Origin: Patescibacteria group bacterium
GTDB lineage: Bacteria > Patescibacteriota > Patescibacteriia > Patescibacteriales > UBA12075
DNA length: 64,000 nt
Reading direction: 5' to 3'
Assembly (NCBI GenBank): GCA_018897195.1
Contig: JAHILH010000001.1
Location: 28,565-92,564 of the forward strand
Position 1 is the stretch's first letter. Every line of letters starts with the position of its first letter. Below, in pieces: positions 1 through 8,617 of the stretch. The notes beneath the pieces were generated by a model. That model was given only the letters and a program-made list of their open reading frames with translations, had not been told where the DNA came from and searched no databases. A program made the position numbers and the translations under genes.

Positions 1-279
1 GAATTGGATATGAATAGTGATCGCATCAAGCACCTGGCCGACGACTTCGACATTGAACGCAGTTTGGACAGTAATTTTTTGAAAATCAAAATCCAAACGG
101 CTTTGGGGCAACTAGACTTGAAATATCGTGACATATTGATTTTGAAATATCTCGAAGAAAAAGATTATCAAGAAATTTCCGATATTATCAAGAAACCAAT
201 CGGCACCGTCGCCTCGCGAATCAATAAGGCAAAGCAGGAGTTAAAAAAAGTTTTAAAAAAATCCGCGTCATTCCCATGA
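1..279 (+). CDS. ECF-type sigma-70 family sigma factor, C-terminal part (5' end outside window)
   Basis: Frame open to window edge; region-4 HTH LKYRDILILKYLEEKDYQEISDIIKKPIGTVASRINKAKQELKK; last codons and stop lie inside repeat C1. Confidence 0.8.
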   Translation, partial: ELDMNSDRIKHLADDFDIERSLDSNFLKIKIQTALGQLDLKYRDILILKYLEEKDYQEISDIIKKPIGTVASRINKAKQELKKVLKKSASFP

Positions 280-435
280 AAATGGGAATCCAGGCGCCAC
301 AGACAATGGATACATAATTATAGAGACTAATCTTAATAAAAACATTGATAATAATAAATACTTCGTAAATTTTAATTCTACCTATATTAAAAACAATCTA
401 CGAGGTACCTGGATCCCCGCGTTCGCGAGGATGAC
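267..435. mobile_element. family C repeat (C1)
   Basis: GTCATTCCCATGAAAATGGGAATCCAGGCGCCACAG ... AT-rich core ... CCTGGATCCCCGCGTTCGCGAGGATGAC. Confidence 0.9.
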
Positions 436-455
436 AAAGGAATAATATTAATTAC

Positions 456-1232
456 ATGACAAACGATAACAAATTTGATCAAGAATTACTTGATAAAATC
501 AAAAGCGATAAACTGGCACCGACACCGAAGTGGCACTTCTTGTTGAAGGATTATTTAGTGTGGGCAGTCGGCGTTTTGTCTTTGTTGATTGGCGGCTTGG
601 CTTTTTCGGTGATTATATATATGTTGCGTTTTAGCGACTGGAATGTCTATAAACAAATCGGGGAAAGTTTTTTGAGTTTTATCTTAATTTCTTTGCCTTA
701 TTTTTGGCTCGCCTTGCTCGCTTTTTTTATATTTTTAGTTTATTACAATATTGAGCATACAAAGAACGGTTATCGCTATTCGGTACCCATTGTCTTGTTA
801 GCCAATGTGGTGATCAGTTTGTTTTTGGGCTTATTATTTTTTAAGGCAGGCGTTGGTCAAGAATTTGATCGAATTTTGGGCGAAAGTATGCCTTTTTATC
901 CCAATCTAATGAATCAGAATATTAATTTTTGGATGCAGCCTGATGCTGGGCGCTTGACTGGGATTGTAATATCAAAAGACGTTGAGAATAATTTTATTTT
1001 GTTGGATTTTAATCAGAATCAGTGGAATGTTGACGTGAGCAATGTTGAACTTGGTCCGATGGAGATGTTTATGCTTGGTGGTCCTATTCGCGTTTTTGGC
1101 GTGAAGGCGAGTAGTAGTGGAAATTTTGTGGCGCAAATGATTTTGCCAGTGCCCCCCCCTGGAGGCGGTTTATATAAAAGGCACAGAGATATACATTTTG
1201 AAGCTAATGATAGAGTTTTTTTAATGAAATGA
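456..1232 (+). CDS. multi-pass membrane protein after sigma gene (possible anti-sigma/sensor), function unknown
   Basis: 258-aa ORF with hydrophobic spans (LVWAVGVLSLLIGGLAFSVIIYML; LPYFWLALLAFFIFLVYY; VLLANVVISLFLGLLFF); sits directly downstream of sigma factor. Confidence 0.55.
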   Translation: MTNDNKFDQELLDKIKSDKLAPTPKWHFLLKDYLVWAVGVLSLLIGGLAFSVIIYMLRFSDWNVYKQIGESFLSFILISLPYFWLALLAFFIFLVYYNIEHTKNGYRYSVPIVLLANVVISLFLGLLFFKAGVGQEFDRILGESMPFYPNLMNQNINFWMQPDAGRLTGIVISKDVENNFILLDFNQNQWNVDVSNVELGPMEMFMLGGPIRVFGVKASSSGNFVAQMILPVPPPGGGLYKRHRDIHFEANDRVFLMK

Positions 1233-1409
1233 ATTTGCCATGGCGGACACTGTATTAGTTAAATGAAGAAAATGAATTTTCAATACGTAGTAATTATCAG
1301 GAGCTCCTAAACCTAGGTATGTAAAATTTATTAATAACGATTCTATCATCCAGGAGCGGAGTCTTGATGGGCTTAAGCTTCGCTCCAAAATGATAGATTA
1401 ATTAAAAAA

Positions 1410-1880
1410 ATGAAAAAATCAAATATTATTATGAGTGGTTCCGTGGCAGTAGTCGTTTTAATGGCGGCAACTGGCATGGCGATGACGACGCTGGCTGCTG
1501 AAGACGTTGCTTCTAGTGCAACAAGCACCACTGTTCAAAGACATAGACCGATGTTCGGGTTTGGTAAAAATCTAACTGACGCTCAACGTCAAGAAATGCA
1601 AGTCAAGCGAGACGCTCGAAAAACTGAGCGTGAAACGAGCAGGTTGGCTATTCAGGCCGCTTTAGACTTGGGCGATTATGATGCATGGGTAAAAGTCGTG
1701 CCAAAAGATTCACCAATCTTGACCAAGGTCAATAAGGATAATTTTCCAAAACTGGTTGAAGCTCATAAGCTTATGAAACAATCAGGCGACATTATGAAAG
1801 AATTGGGAATTGAAAGAGGTGATATGACGGGTGGAAAATTGCAAATGCACAAGGGTGATTTTAACAGAGGAAATAATTAA
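1410..1880 (+). CDS. secreted protein, unknown function
   Basis: Signal-like N-terminus MKKSNIIMSGSVAVVVLMAATGMAMTTLAAE; strong hairpin terminator follows. Confidence 0.6.
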   Translation: MKKSNIIMSGSVAVVVLMAATGMAMTTLAAEDVASSATSTTVQRHRPMFGFGKNLTDAQRQEMQVKRDARKTERETSRLAIQAALDLGDYDAWVKVVPKDSPILTKVNKDNFPKLVEAHKLMKQSGDIMKELGIERGDMTGGKLQMHKGDFNRGNN

Positions 1881-1888
1881 AATAAATT

Positions 1889-1930
1889 GAGGTCCAATTT
1901 CGTGGGGAAGAAATTGGACCTCTTTCTTTG
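1889..1930 (+). terminator. rho-independent terminator
   Basis: 13-bp stem GAGGTCCAATTTC/GAAATTGGACCTC then TTTCTTT. Confidence 0.85.
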
Positions 1931-2040
1931 TGGTAAAAAAGCATTTTATACGTTCTAAGCGTCTCTTTATAAGATGTCGAAAGAAAATATTTTTGATTGC
2001 GTATAGAGATTGAAAATGATATTTGGCGAATAGTGATTAC

Positions 2041-2069
2041 TAGACATTTTATTAATATTTTTATATAAT
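2041..2069 (+). promoter_or_regulatory. sigma-70-type promoter for lipoprotein/ABC efflux cluster
   Basis: TAGACA-17 nt-TATAAT. Confidence 0.6.
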
Positions 2070-2098
2070 ATTAGAGTAATTTTAAAAAATTCAAATCT

Positions 2099-2722
2099 AT
2101 GAAAAAGACATTTATATTTTTAAGCTTGATAATAGCGGTTGTTTTTTTGACTACGGCTTGCTCAAAGAATACCGGTAATTCTCAGGATAACGTAAATAGT
2201 GTTGGTGATAAAAATACCACAACGAGCAGTGCTGGTCGACGTCCGGATGGCGTGCGAATGCCTGATTTTGGTCAGCCAGACCGAGCGCCTGACACGATGG
2301 GTATTGTCAAATCAATCGTTGGCAATGAGATAACTATTTTAAAAATAGAAAGACCGAATGGTGGACAAGGGTCAGCTACCAGCACAGAACAGAAGCGGTC
2401 CCTGAATTTGAGTGGAGCAACTGGTGTTCCTGGTAGTGGCGCCGGATTGTCTGGTGGCATGCGAGGCGCGTCTGGCGGAACAGTTGATCGAGCACAGATG
2501 TTAGAAAATATGAAAAAACAAAGCACGGGCGAAATGAAAATTATCATTCCGGTTGGAATCAAGATGTTAATAACAGATGCTGCTGCTACTGCAAATGCGG
2601 GCACGCCTCCAAAAATGAACGAGGCAACCTTGGCTGATGTAAAACAAGACAAAATGCTTAATATTTGGCTAAATCAAGATGTGAAAGATCAAAGTGTGGC
2701 TGAGTTTGTGTTTGTTCGATAG
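2099..2722 (+). CDS. lipoprotein, Gly/Ser-rich, unknown function
   Basis: Signal peptide with lipobox LTTAC; consensus-like promoter upstream; first gene of the ABC-efflux cluster. Confidence 0.7.
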   Translation: MKKTFIFLSLIIAVVFLTTACSKNTGNSQDNVNSVGDKNTTTSSAGRRPDGVRMPDFGQPDRAPDTMGIVKSIVGNEITILKIERPNGGQGSATSTEQKRSLNLSGATGVPGSGAGLSGGMRGASGGTVDRAQMLENMKKQSTGEMKIIIPVGIKMLITDAAATANAGTPPKMNEATLADVKQDKMLNIWLNQDVKDQSVAEFVFVR

Positions 2723-2730
2723 ACTTTATT

Positions 2731-2767
2731 CTCCCTCGCCCCGGCGGGAGAGGGTTGGGGTGAGGGG
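2731..2767. mobile_element. family A repeat, solo left hairpin end (A1)
   Basis: CTCCCTCGCCCCGGCGGGAGAGGGTTGGGGTGAGGGG, 9 nt after stop of 2099..2722. Confidence 0.85.
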
Positions 2768-2807
2768 AAGTTGTGAAGTAATAATTTAAATATATAAATA
2801 TATAAAT

Positions 2808-4700
2808 ATGAGCTCAATTTTAGAAGAAAGTCGTAAAGCGCGCGGCATCAATGGTGTTTTTCAAGGAGGGAAGAAAAAAATAATTTCCGTTATTTTAATC
2901 TTGGCAATTGCCGGTGGTGCCTACTATTATTACGTTAATAAGAAAAAAGACAATACTGTGGCTGAAGTGGTCAAGAAAGATTGGATAGTCAAGAAGGATA
3001 ATTTAAAAATTGCGATTCAAAGCGATGGCAAGGTGGTAGCCGAGGACGGTGTTGATTTGTCTTTTTCTGTGCCAGGCGACACCTTGGAGGTAGAAGATGT
3101 ATTTGTTAAAGAAGGGCAAAAAGTAAAAAAGGGTGACAAGGTCGCGTCGGTCAAATCTAATGATTTAGAGTTTAGTTTGCGTAGCGCCTATGTGTCATAT
3201 CAATCTGCTCTGTCCGGTCTTGAATTGAAACAAGTTGGTCCGACTGATGATGAAATTGCTAAGGCAAAAATATCGATTGAGCAAGCTAAGGTAAGCCTAG
3301 ACCAGTCAAAAATAAGTCTAGATCAACTTAAAATGACAGTAGCGCAAAAAATTGAAACCGCACAAAATAGCATCACCACTGCGCAGAATAGTTTGAATTT
3401 AAATCAAAATGTAGACAATAGTCTGATAATCAAGAATACTTATGATGATTTGGTGAATACCCTAAAAGGAACTGTTATCAAGATAGGCAATGTTTTAAAG
3501 GATTCAGATGATATTTTGGGTGTTGACAATACTTATGTTAATGATGATTTTGAAAATCTTTTGGGGGTTAAGGATTCTAATACTTTGATTAGTGCTAAGA
3601 ACAGTTATTATCAGGTAAGTAATTTAAAAAATGATTTAGAACCAGTTGTCTTAGTCTTGAATTCGGCTAGCAACCAAGCATCAATCGATTCTGTCGTGTC
3701 TAAAACTAAAACTACCTTGAACGAGATGGAAAAGCATCTTTATTCGATGCAAAAAATGTTGGATGCGACTATTACGTCTTCAAGTTTCACGCAATCAGAG
3801 TTGGATAGCTTCAAAAGCACGATTAGCTCTAATCGTTCGACGGCCGTGAGTGAATTGTCGAGCATTACCAATAGCATGCAATCGATTACTACTTCGAAGA
3901 ATAGTTTTGATTCTGCGGAAAATACTTTGAAAAATTACCAGATGGCTTATGATAAAGCCGTAGCTGACCTTGATAATACAAAGAAGCAAGCTGAAAAGGA
4001 TATTGCGAGCGCAGAAGCCGGTATCAAATCAAGAGAAACTTCTTTGCAACAAGCACAAATCAGTTACAATGAATTGATTACACCGGTGCGTGATATTGAC
4101 CTTGCTTCGGCGCGCTCACAGGTGACCTCGGCGGCAATCAGTGTTGACAAGGCTAAATATGCCATGGAGCAGGCGATATTGATTTCACCGATTGACGGCG
4201 AAGTGTCGCTTTTGAATTATAAAAAAGGTGATTTTATTATCAAGAGTGATAATAAGCCAGTAGCTTCAATTATTAATAATGATACACTATTTGTTGAGGT
4301 TAAGATTGAACAGGCGGATATCAATAAAATTAAAAATGGTCAAAAAGCCTATGCGACCTTTGAAGCGCTTGATAGCTTACGTCTAGAGGGTGAAGTTGCT
4401 TTTGTTTCTTTGACTTCAGCGACTGACAATAATGGAATTGTTACCTATGTGGTGCGAGTAGTGGTGAATAATAATGGTGAAACCAAGATTAGAGAAGGTA
4501 TGACTGCGCAAGTTGATTTTGTCACCGCTGAAAAGAATGACATTCTTATTGTGCCCGTAACCGCCGTTCGCAACGTTAACAACAAGCCCTCAGTCGAACT
4601 TCCAGATGGTACTTGGGCACCAGTGGTAACTGGTTTTACCGATGGAATTAATGTAGAAATTATTTCCGGCCTAAAAGCGGGAGACAAATTAGTTTATTAG
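2808..4700 (+). CDS. HlyD/MacA-type periplasmic adaptor (membrane fusion protein)
   Basis: N-terminal TM (IISVILILAIAGGAYYYYV), lipoyl-like motif VFVKEGQKVKKGDKVASV, very long coiled-coil, C-terminal beta-barrel ISPIDGEVSLLNYKKGDFI; precedes ABC ATPase and permease. Confidence 0.8.
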   Translation: MSSILEESRKARGINGVFQGGKKKIISVILILAIAGGAYYYYVNKKKDNTVAEVVKKDWIVKKDNLKIAIQSDGKVVAEDGVDLSFSVPGDTLEVEDVFVKEGQKVKKGDKVASVKSNDLEFSLRSAYVSYQSALSGLELKQVGPTDDEIAKAKISIEQAKVSLDQSKISLDQLKMTVAQKIETAQNSITTAQNSLNLNQNVDNSLIIKNTYDDLVNTLKGTVIKIGNVLKDSDDILGVDNTYVNDDFENLLGVKDSNTLISAKNSYYQVSNLKNDLEPVVLVLNSASNQASIDSVVSKTKTTLNEMEKHLYSMQKMLDATITSSSFTQSELDSFKSTISSNRSTAVSELSSITNSMQSITTSKNSFDSAENTLKNYQMAYDKAVADLDNTKKQAEKDIASAEAGIKSRETSLQQAQISYNELITPVRDIDLASARSQVTSAAISVDKAKYAMEQAILISPIDGEVSLLNYKKGDFIIKSDNKPVASIINNDTLFVEVKIEQADINKIKNGQKAYATFEALDSLRLEGEVAFVSLTSATDNNGIVTYVVRVVVNNNGETKIREGMTAQVDFVTAEKNDILIVPVTAVRNVNNKPSVELPDGTWAPVVTGFTDGINVEIISGLKAGDKLVY

Positions 4701-4728
4701 GAATATTATAAGTGACGAGGTGTTTAAG

Positions 4729-4783
4729 CTCCCTCGCCCCGAAAACTACCTCACCCTAACCCTCTCCTGGCAAGGAGAGGGAA
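4729..4783. mobile_element. family A repeat, short internally deleted form (A2)
   Basis: CTCCCTCGCCCCGAAAACTACCTCACCCTAACCCTCTCCTGGCAAGGAGAGGGAA; near-identical to A10; ends 7 nt before ATG 4790. Confidence 0.85.
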
Positions 4784-4789
4784 TAATAA

Positions 4790-5512
4790 ATGAGTAAAAT
4801 AATAATGAATAACTCTGCAATAAAATTAAAAGACGCTAAAAAATCCTATTATTTAGCCAATGGTGAAGAAATTCCTGTTTTAAAGGGGGTTGATTTGGAT
4901 ATTGAACAAGGTGAATTTGTGGCCATCATGGGCGAGTCCGGTGGTGGCAAGACCACGCTCTTGAATATTTTGGGCTGTTTACATCCCTTGTCGAGCGGTG
5001 AATATTCGCTTGAAGGTGAAGATATTGGCGTTGTTCGTGATGATTTTACCTTAGCTTTTATTCGCAACAAGAAAATGGGTTTTATTTTTCAGCAGTTTAA
5101 TCTCTTATCAAGACTGACGGCCTTGAAAAATATTTCCTTGCCAGCTTTGTATTCCGGTATGGACAAGCGTGACAGAGAAGAGCGAGCCTTGGAGTTGATG
5201 AAAAGTGTTGGCATTGATGACCGCGCTGGTCATAAGCCTAGTGAATTGTCTGGTGGTCAACAACAACGTGTCTCTATTTGTCGTGCCTTAATAAATGAGC
5301 CTGATATTATTCTCGCTGATGAACCAACCGGCGCCCTTGATTCCAAATCTGGCTTGGAGATTATGAAAATTTTTACCGACTTAAAAGCCAAAGGCAAAAC
5401 AATTATTATGGTGACGCATACTTCTGAGGTGGCTAAATTCGCGGATAGAATAATCTACATGCGCGACGGTATGGTTGTAGATAATAATTACAAATTACAA
5501 TCAAAATATTAA
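4790..5512 (+). CDS. ABC transporter ATP-binding protein (MacB/LolD/FtsE-like)
   Basis: Walker A GESGGGKTT, signature LSGGQQQRV, Walker B IILADEPTGALD. Confidence 0.9.
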   Translation: MSKIIMNNSAIKLKDAKKSYYLANGEEIPVLKGVDLDIEQGEFVAIMGESGGGKTTLLNILGCLHPLSSGEYSLEGEDIGVVRDDFTLAFIRNKKMGFIFQQFNLLSRLTALKNISLPALYSGMDKRDREERALELMKSVGIDDRAGHKPSELSGGQQQRVSICRALINEPDIILADEPTGALDSKSGLEIMKIFTDLKAKGKTIIMVTHTSEVAKFADRIIYMRDGMVVDNNYKLQSKY

Positions 5513-5520
5513 TAATTTAT

Positions 5521-5558
5521 TCTCCCTCTCCCCGCCGGGAGAGGGTTGGGGTGAGGGA
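5521..5558. mobile_element. family A repeat, solo left end (A3)
   Basis: TCTCCCTCTCCCCGCCGGGAGAGGGTTGGGGTGAGGGA, 9 nt after stop of ABC ATPase gene. Confidence 0.85.
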
Positions 5559-5589
5559 GTGGTCGTGAGCAATTACTAAAAATTAAAAT

Positions 5590-6789
5590 ATGAACCTAGA
5601 AATAATCAAAATGGCCTTCGAGTCATTATTATCTAATAAAACAAGAACGGTGTTGTCGATGCTGGGTATTATTATTGGTGTATCTACGGTTATTGCCGTT
5701 TTTGGGGTGGGCAAGGGCGTGGAGGCAACGGTGAATAAACAGTTTCAGGGTTTGAGTGCCAATTCATTATTGATTATGTCGAGCCAGCAACGAGGAGCGG
5801 CCGCTAGCTCAAAATTTACCGCGTCTGACGGTCCGATTATCAAGGATAAGGCTGAACATATTAGCAATGTGACCGTTTTGGTGCGCAGTAATGCCACTGT
5901 TTCTATCGGCAAGGAGACAGGTAATTTTTCTGTCATGGGCATAGATCAGAACTATTTTGATGTTTCTAAATATAAAATTGCCTCTGGTCGTTTTTTTGAT
6001 GACGCCGAAGTGACTAGTCGGGCCAAGGTTGTTGTTTTGGGAGATGCTAGTATTGCCACCCTTTTTCCAGAGGGCGGTAATCCAGTTGGACAGAGCGTGA
6101 CAATTAAAGGCAAGAGCTATGAAGTCATTGGTGTGTTGGCAAAAATTGGCTCTAGCATTGGTCCGGTAAGTCCCGATGAATCGATTTTTACCCCTTATAC
6201 TACGGCTGAATCTAGTATCGTGGGTGATCGCGCTCAGATTATGATGAACGCAACCGTTGACGATGTGGCTAATGTTGCGGCGGCAACAGAGAGTGTGACG
6301 GCTGTTTTGCGCGAGGAACACAAATTGAAAGCTGGTGTCCCTGATGATTTTAGCGTTCGTGATGCTGGTAGTATGGTGGCCACTGCCCAAGAGTCAGCCA
6401 AGTTGATGACTACTTTTTTAATGGTGATTGCTGCCATTACTTTGTTGGTATCCGGGATTGGGATTATGAACGTGATGTTTGTGACTGTGGCCGAACGGAC
6501 TAAAGAAATTGGCATTGCTAAAGCCATTGGGGGTAAACAATCTGATATCTTAAGTCAATTTCTTTTAGAGTCGGTAGTCTTGTCAATGATTGGTGGCCTG
6601 CTCGGCATCATTCTCGGCACCGGCGCACTCTATTTAATTAATCGCTCTGGCTTAATTACGATTGCTTACACACTGCAGGGCCCGCTTATTGGTTTCTCCT
6701 TTTCCGTTTTCGTTGGTGTCTTCTTCGGCTTCGTTCCTGCCTTCAAGGCCAGTCGCCTTGATCCAGTTGATGCTTTGCGTAGTGAGTAA
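5590..6789 (+). CDS. ABC transporter permease, MacB/FtsX family
   Basis: N-terminal TM, large extracytoplasmic domain, C-terminal FtsX-type TM bundle; typical tail FKASRLDPVDALRSE. Confidence 0.9.
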   Translation: MNLEIIKMAFESLLSNKTRTVLSMLGIIIGVSTVIAVFGVGKGVEATVNKQFQGLSANSLLIMSSQQRGAAASSKFTASDGPIIKDKAEHISNVTVLVRSNATVSIGKETGNFSVMGIDQNYFDVSKYKIASGRFFDDAEVTSRAKVVVLGDASIATLFPEGGNPVGQSVTIKGKSYEVIGVLAKIGSSIGPVSPDESIFTPYTTAESSIVGDRAQIMMNATVDDVANVAAATESVTAVLREEHKLKAGVPDDFSVRDAGSMVATAQESAKLMTTFLMVIAAITLLVSGIGIMNVMFVTVAERTKEIGIAKAIGGKQSDILSQFLLESVVLSMIGGLLGIILGTGALYLINRSGLITIAYTLQGPLIGFSFSVFVGVFFGFVPAFKASRLDPVDALRSE

Positions 6790-6814
6790 AAATAAGCACC
6801 ATATGAGAATGTTT

Positions 6815-6850
6815 AGCCGACCTGATTAATGGGTCGGTTTTATTTTTTTG
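6815..6850 (+). terminator. rho-independent terminator after ABC permease
   Basis: CCGACC/GGTCGG stem then TTTTATTTTTTT. Confidence 0.7.
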
Positions 6851-6945
6851 TAAAATTGTGCTATAATATTTTTATAGTAAATCAATCTCAAAAAATAATT
6901 AATTCAATCAGTTTCGTTTTTACTTTTCTGGTTGATAAAAAATCT

Positions 6946-8499
6946 ATGAATAAAAAAAATACAATCACAATCATGATTTTATTTGCCATGCTCTTATCTC
7001 CTTTTGCAGGGTTAAAAGCAGCAGACGAGCTAATAATAACAACGGGCGATAATTATATAAAAACCGATCGTACAGCATCAATTTCTTGGTATACAAATGT
7101 TGAAAATAATTGTTTTATTGATTATGGTATCAAGTTTGATCTGAGGGATGGTATTAAGGCTACTACTACTGCGGTTGAATTAACAAAAGAAAATATTACA
7201 ACAAAGTATCAATATATTGTAAATTTAAAAGATTTAAAAGAGTCCACGGATTATTATTATAGGGTGAGTTGCAGTCCCTTGGACGGTGGAGATGTTATTC
7301 AAAATGCTATACAGAGGATTGGTTATGATGTTCGAGATATGGATTTAATAATTAATGATATTTATTTTTATCCAAATAATCCAGTAAAAGGACAAAAATT
7401 TACAGGAGAAATTCGGGTGATAATTGGTAATACTGGCACTAAGGAAGTGGAGGTTGTGCCTCAAACCTGTTTGTATACCAATATATTGCAGATTGTATCA
7501 GCTACCACTATTATAGATTCACAGGGTAACGATCTTACAGCTAAAGTATTTTCAGTTTGCGGACCAACGGTGTCGGGTAATGAATCCGAGGCAGTGTATT
7601 ATGAGATAAAAGACGCTGTTTTCAATTCAGACATTGTTTTTAATTCTATGGTTGACGATGGTGAAGCGATCAGAGAAGCCAATGACGCCAATAATGTATT
7701 TAGTAAGGAGATAAAAATAACTGCTACAAGTATTGTGACGGGAGATAATACAGTCATTGACATGGATGCAGTATTGAATAATGGCGACAATGTCGCTATT
7801 GGCAATCTTACTGATAAATTTCTTGCAGAAACTAAACAAGTACGTAATTTGGTTAAGGAGCAGAATGTTAAAACAAAATATTTGGATAAACTAATAGACA
7901 GGGAACAAAAAACATTAAACAAGATGGAGATGGCGATAAATGACTTTATTGCTTATGGAGTAGATCTTAATACTCAAAAACTGGGCGAAGGTGAAAGGGC
8001 GGCAGTAGTTAGTTCATATAAGAGCGCCTTTGTTAGATTGCCAGAAGTTGACGATGAATTAACTGATCTTATTAAGATTGCTAATGGCCGCTGGCCAAGT
8101 TTCAAAAACAGCAATGCGGAAAAAAGGGCTAGAGGGCAATTTATAAAAATTTATAAAAGAATTGCCAATATGGGTAATGCTAATGATAATGCAGCGGTTA
8201 CGGTGATGGCCTATGGTCTTCGACAAAAGGCAGAAAATCGAAATATGAATAGCGAAAAGAACGGCATTAAGACTTTTAAAAGTATTTTTGGTAAAAATCC
8301 AACAACTACTGATGAGTGGAATACAATGCAGGCTATTACATATTCCGGAGCTAGTCGTGGTAAAGATAGTGATGGTGATCTTTTGACTGATGATCGAGAA
8401 AAGATTTTGGGCACGGATGTTAATAACAAAGATAGTGATGGAGATGGTTATATTGATGGAATTGAGGTTGACAATGGTTACAACCCCTTAAAGAAGTAA
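6946..8499 (+). CDS. secreted multi-domain protein (Fn3-like, CARDB-like, C-terminal thrombospondin-type-3 Ca-binding repeats)
   Basis: Start moved to ATG 6946 (MNKKNTITIMILFAMLLSPFAGLKA signal); track start 6829 overlaps upstream terminator; C-terminus DSDGDLLTDDRE...NKDSDGDGYIDGIEVDNGYNP. Confidence 0.65.
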   Translation: MNKKNTITIMILFAMLLSPFAGLKAADELIITTGDNYIKTDRTASISWYTNVENNCFIDYGIKFDLRDGIKATTTAVELTKENITTKYQYIVNLKDLKESTDYYYRVSCSPLDGGDVIQNAIQRIGYDVRDMDLIINDIYFYPNNPVKGQKFTGEIRVIIGNTGTKEVEVVPQTCLYTNILQIVSATTIIDSQGNDLTAKVFSVCGPTVSGNESEAVYYEIKDAVFNSDIVFNSMVDDGEAIREANDANNVFSKEIKITATSIVTGDNTVIDMDAVLNNGDNVAIGNLTDKFLAETKQVRNLVKEQNVKTKYLDKLIDREQKTLNKMEMAINDFIAYGVDLNTQKLGEGERAAVVSSYKSAFVRLPEVDDELTDLIKIANGRWPSFKNSNAEKRARGQFIKIYKRIANMGNANDNAAVTVMAYGLRQKAENRNMNSEKNGIKTFKSIFGKNPTTTDEWNTMQAITYSGASRGKDSDGDLLTDDREKILGTDVNNKDSDGDGYIDGIEVDNGYNPLKK

Positions 8500-8559
8500 G
8501 TGTATAAAAACCTCTTGATTTTATTCTAAAATCTGTTACAATCTTAAAATGACCAAATG

Positions 8560-8590
8560 AAAAACAGGCCAAGTTGCCTGTTTTTCTGCT
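8560..8590 (+). terminator. hairpin plus T-tract
   Basis: ACAGGC/GCCTGT stem flanked by A-run and TTTTTCT. Confidence 0.6.
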
Positions 8591-8617
8591 TTATTTAGTA
8601 AAAAATAATATAATTTT

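Noticed and set aside
2272-2652. Antisense or overlapping ORFs in the six-frame track. Examples are 2272-2652(-), 5809-6390(-), 16029-16361(-), 17646-18122(-), 21874-22329(-), 36613-37194(-), 38294-38782(-), 38864-39253(-), 47849-48220(+) and 51080-51478(-).
   Set aside because: Each lies inside and opposite to, or out of frame with, a gene that has strong family motifs. Their translations are low-complexity and lack start-site signals. They are the expected by-product of long ORFs on the other strand.
6829-6945. N-terminal extensions proposed by the ORF track at 6829, 15433, 29595, 40080, 42473, 43522, 50283, 53564(-) and 56096.
   Set aside because: The extensions overlap terminators, promoters or repeat elements and precede obvious signal peptides or conserved N-termini. 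Internal ATGs were chosen instead. The true starts remain unverified.
8516-8543. Promoter-like TTGATT-16-(TGt)TACAAT located upstream of the hairpin/T-tract at 8560-8590, considered as a possible attenuator in front of pyk.
   Set aside because: The order (promoter then terminator then gene) is odd, but the leader would be only about 40 nt, with no alternative pairing that I could find. More likely it is a chance match, or the hairpin is the terminator of the upstream gene only.
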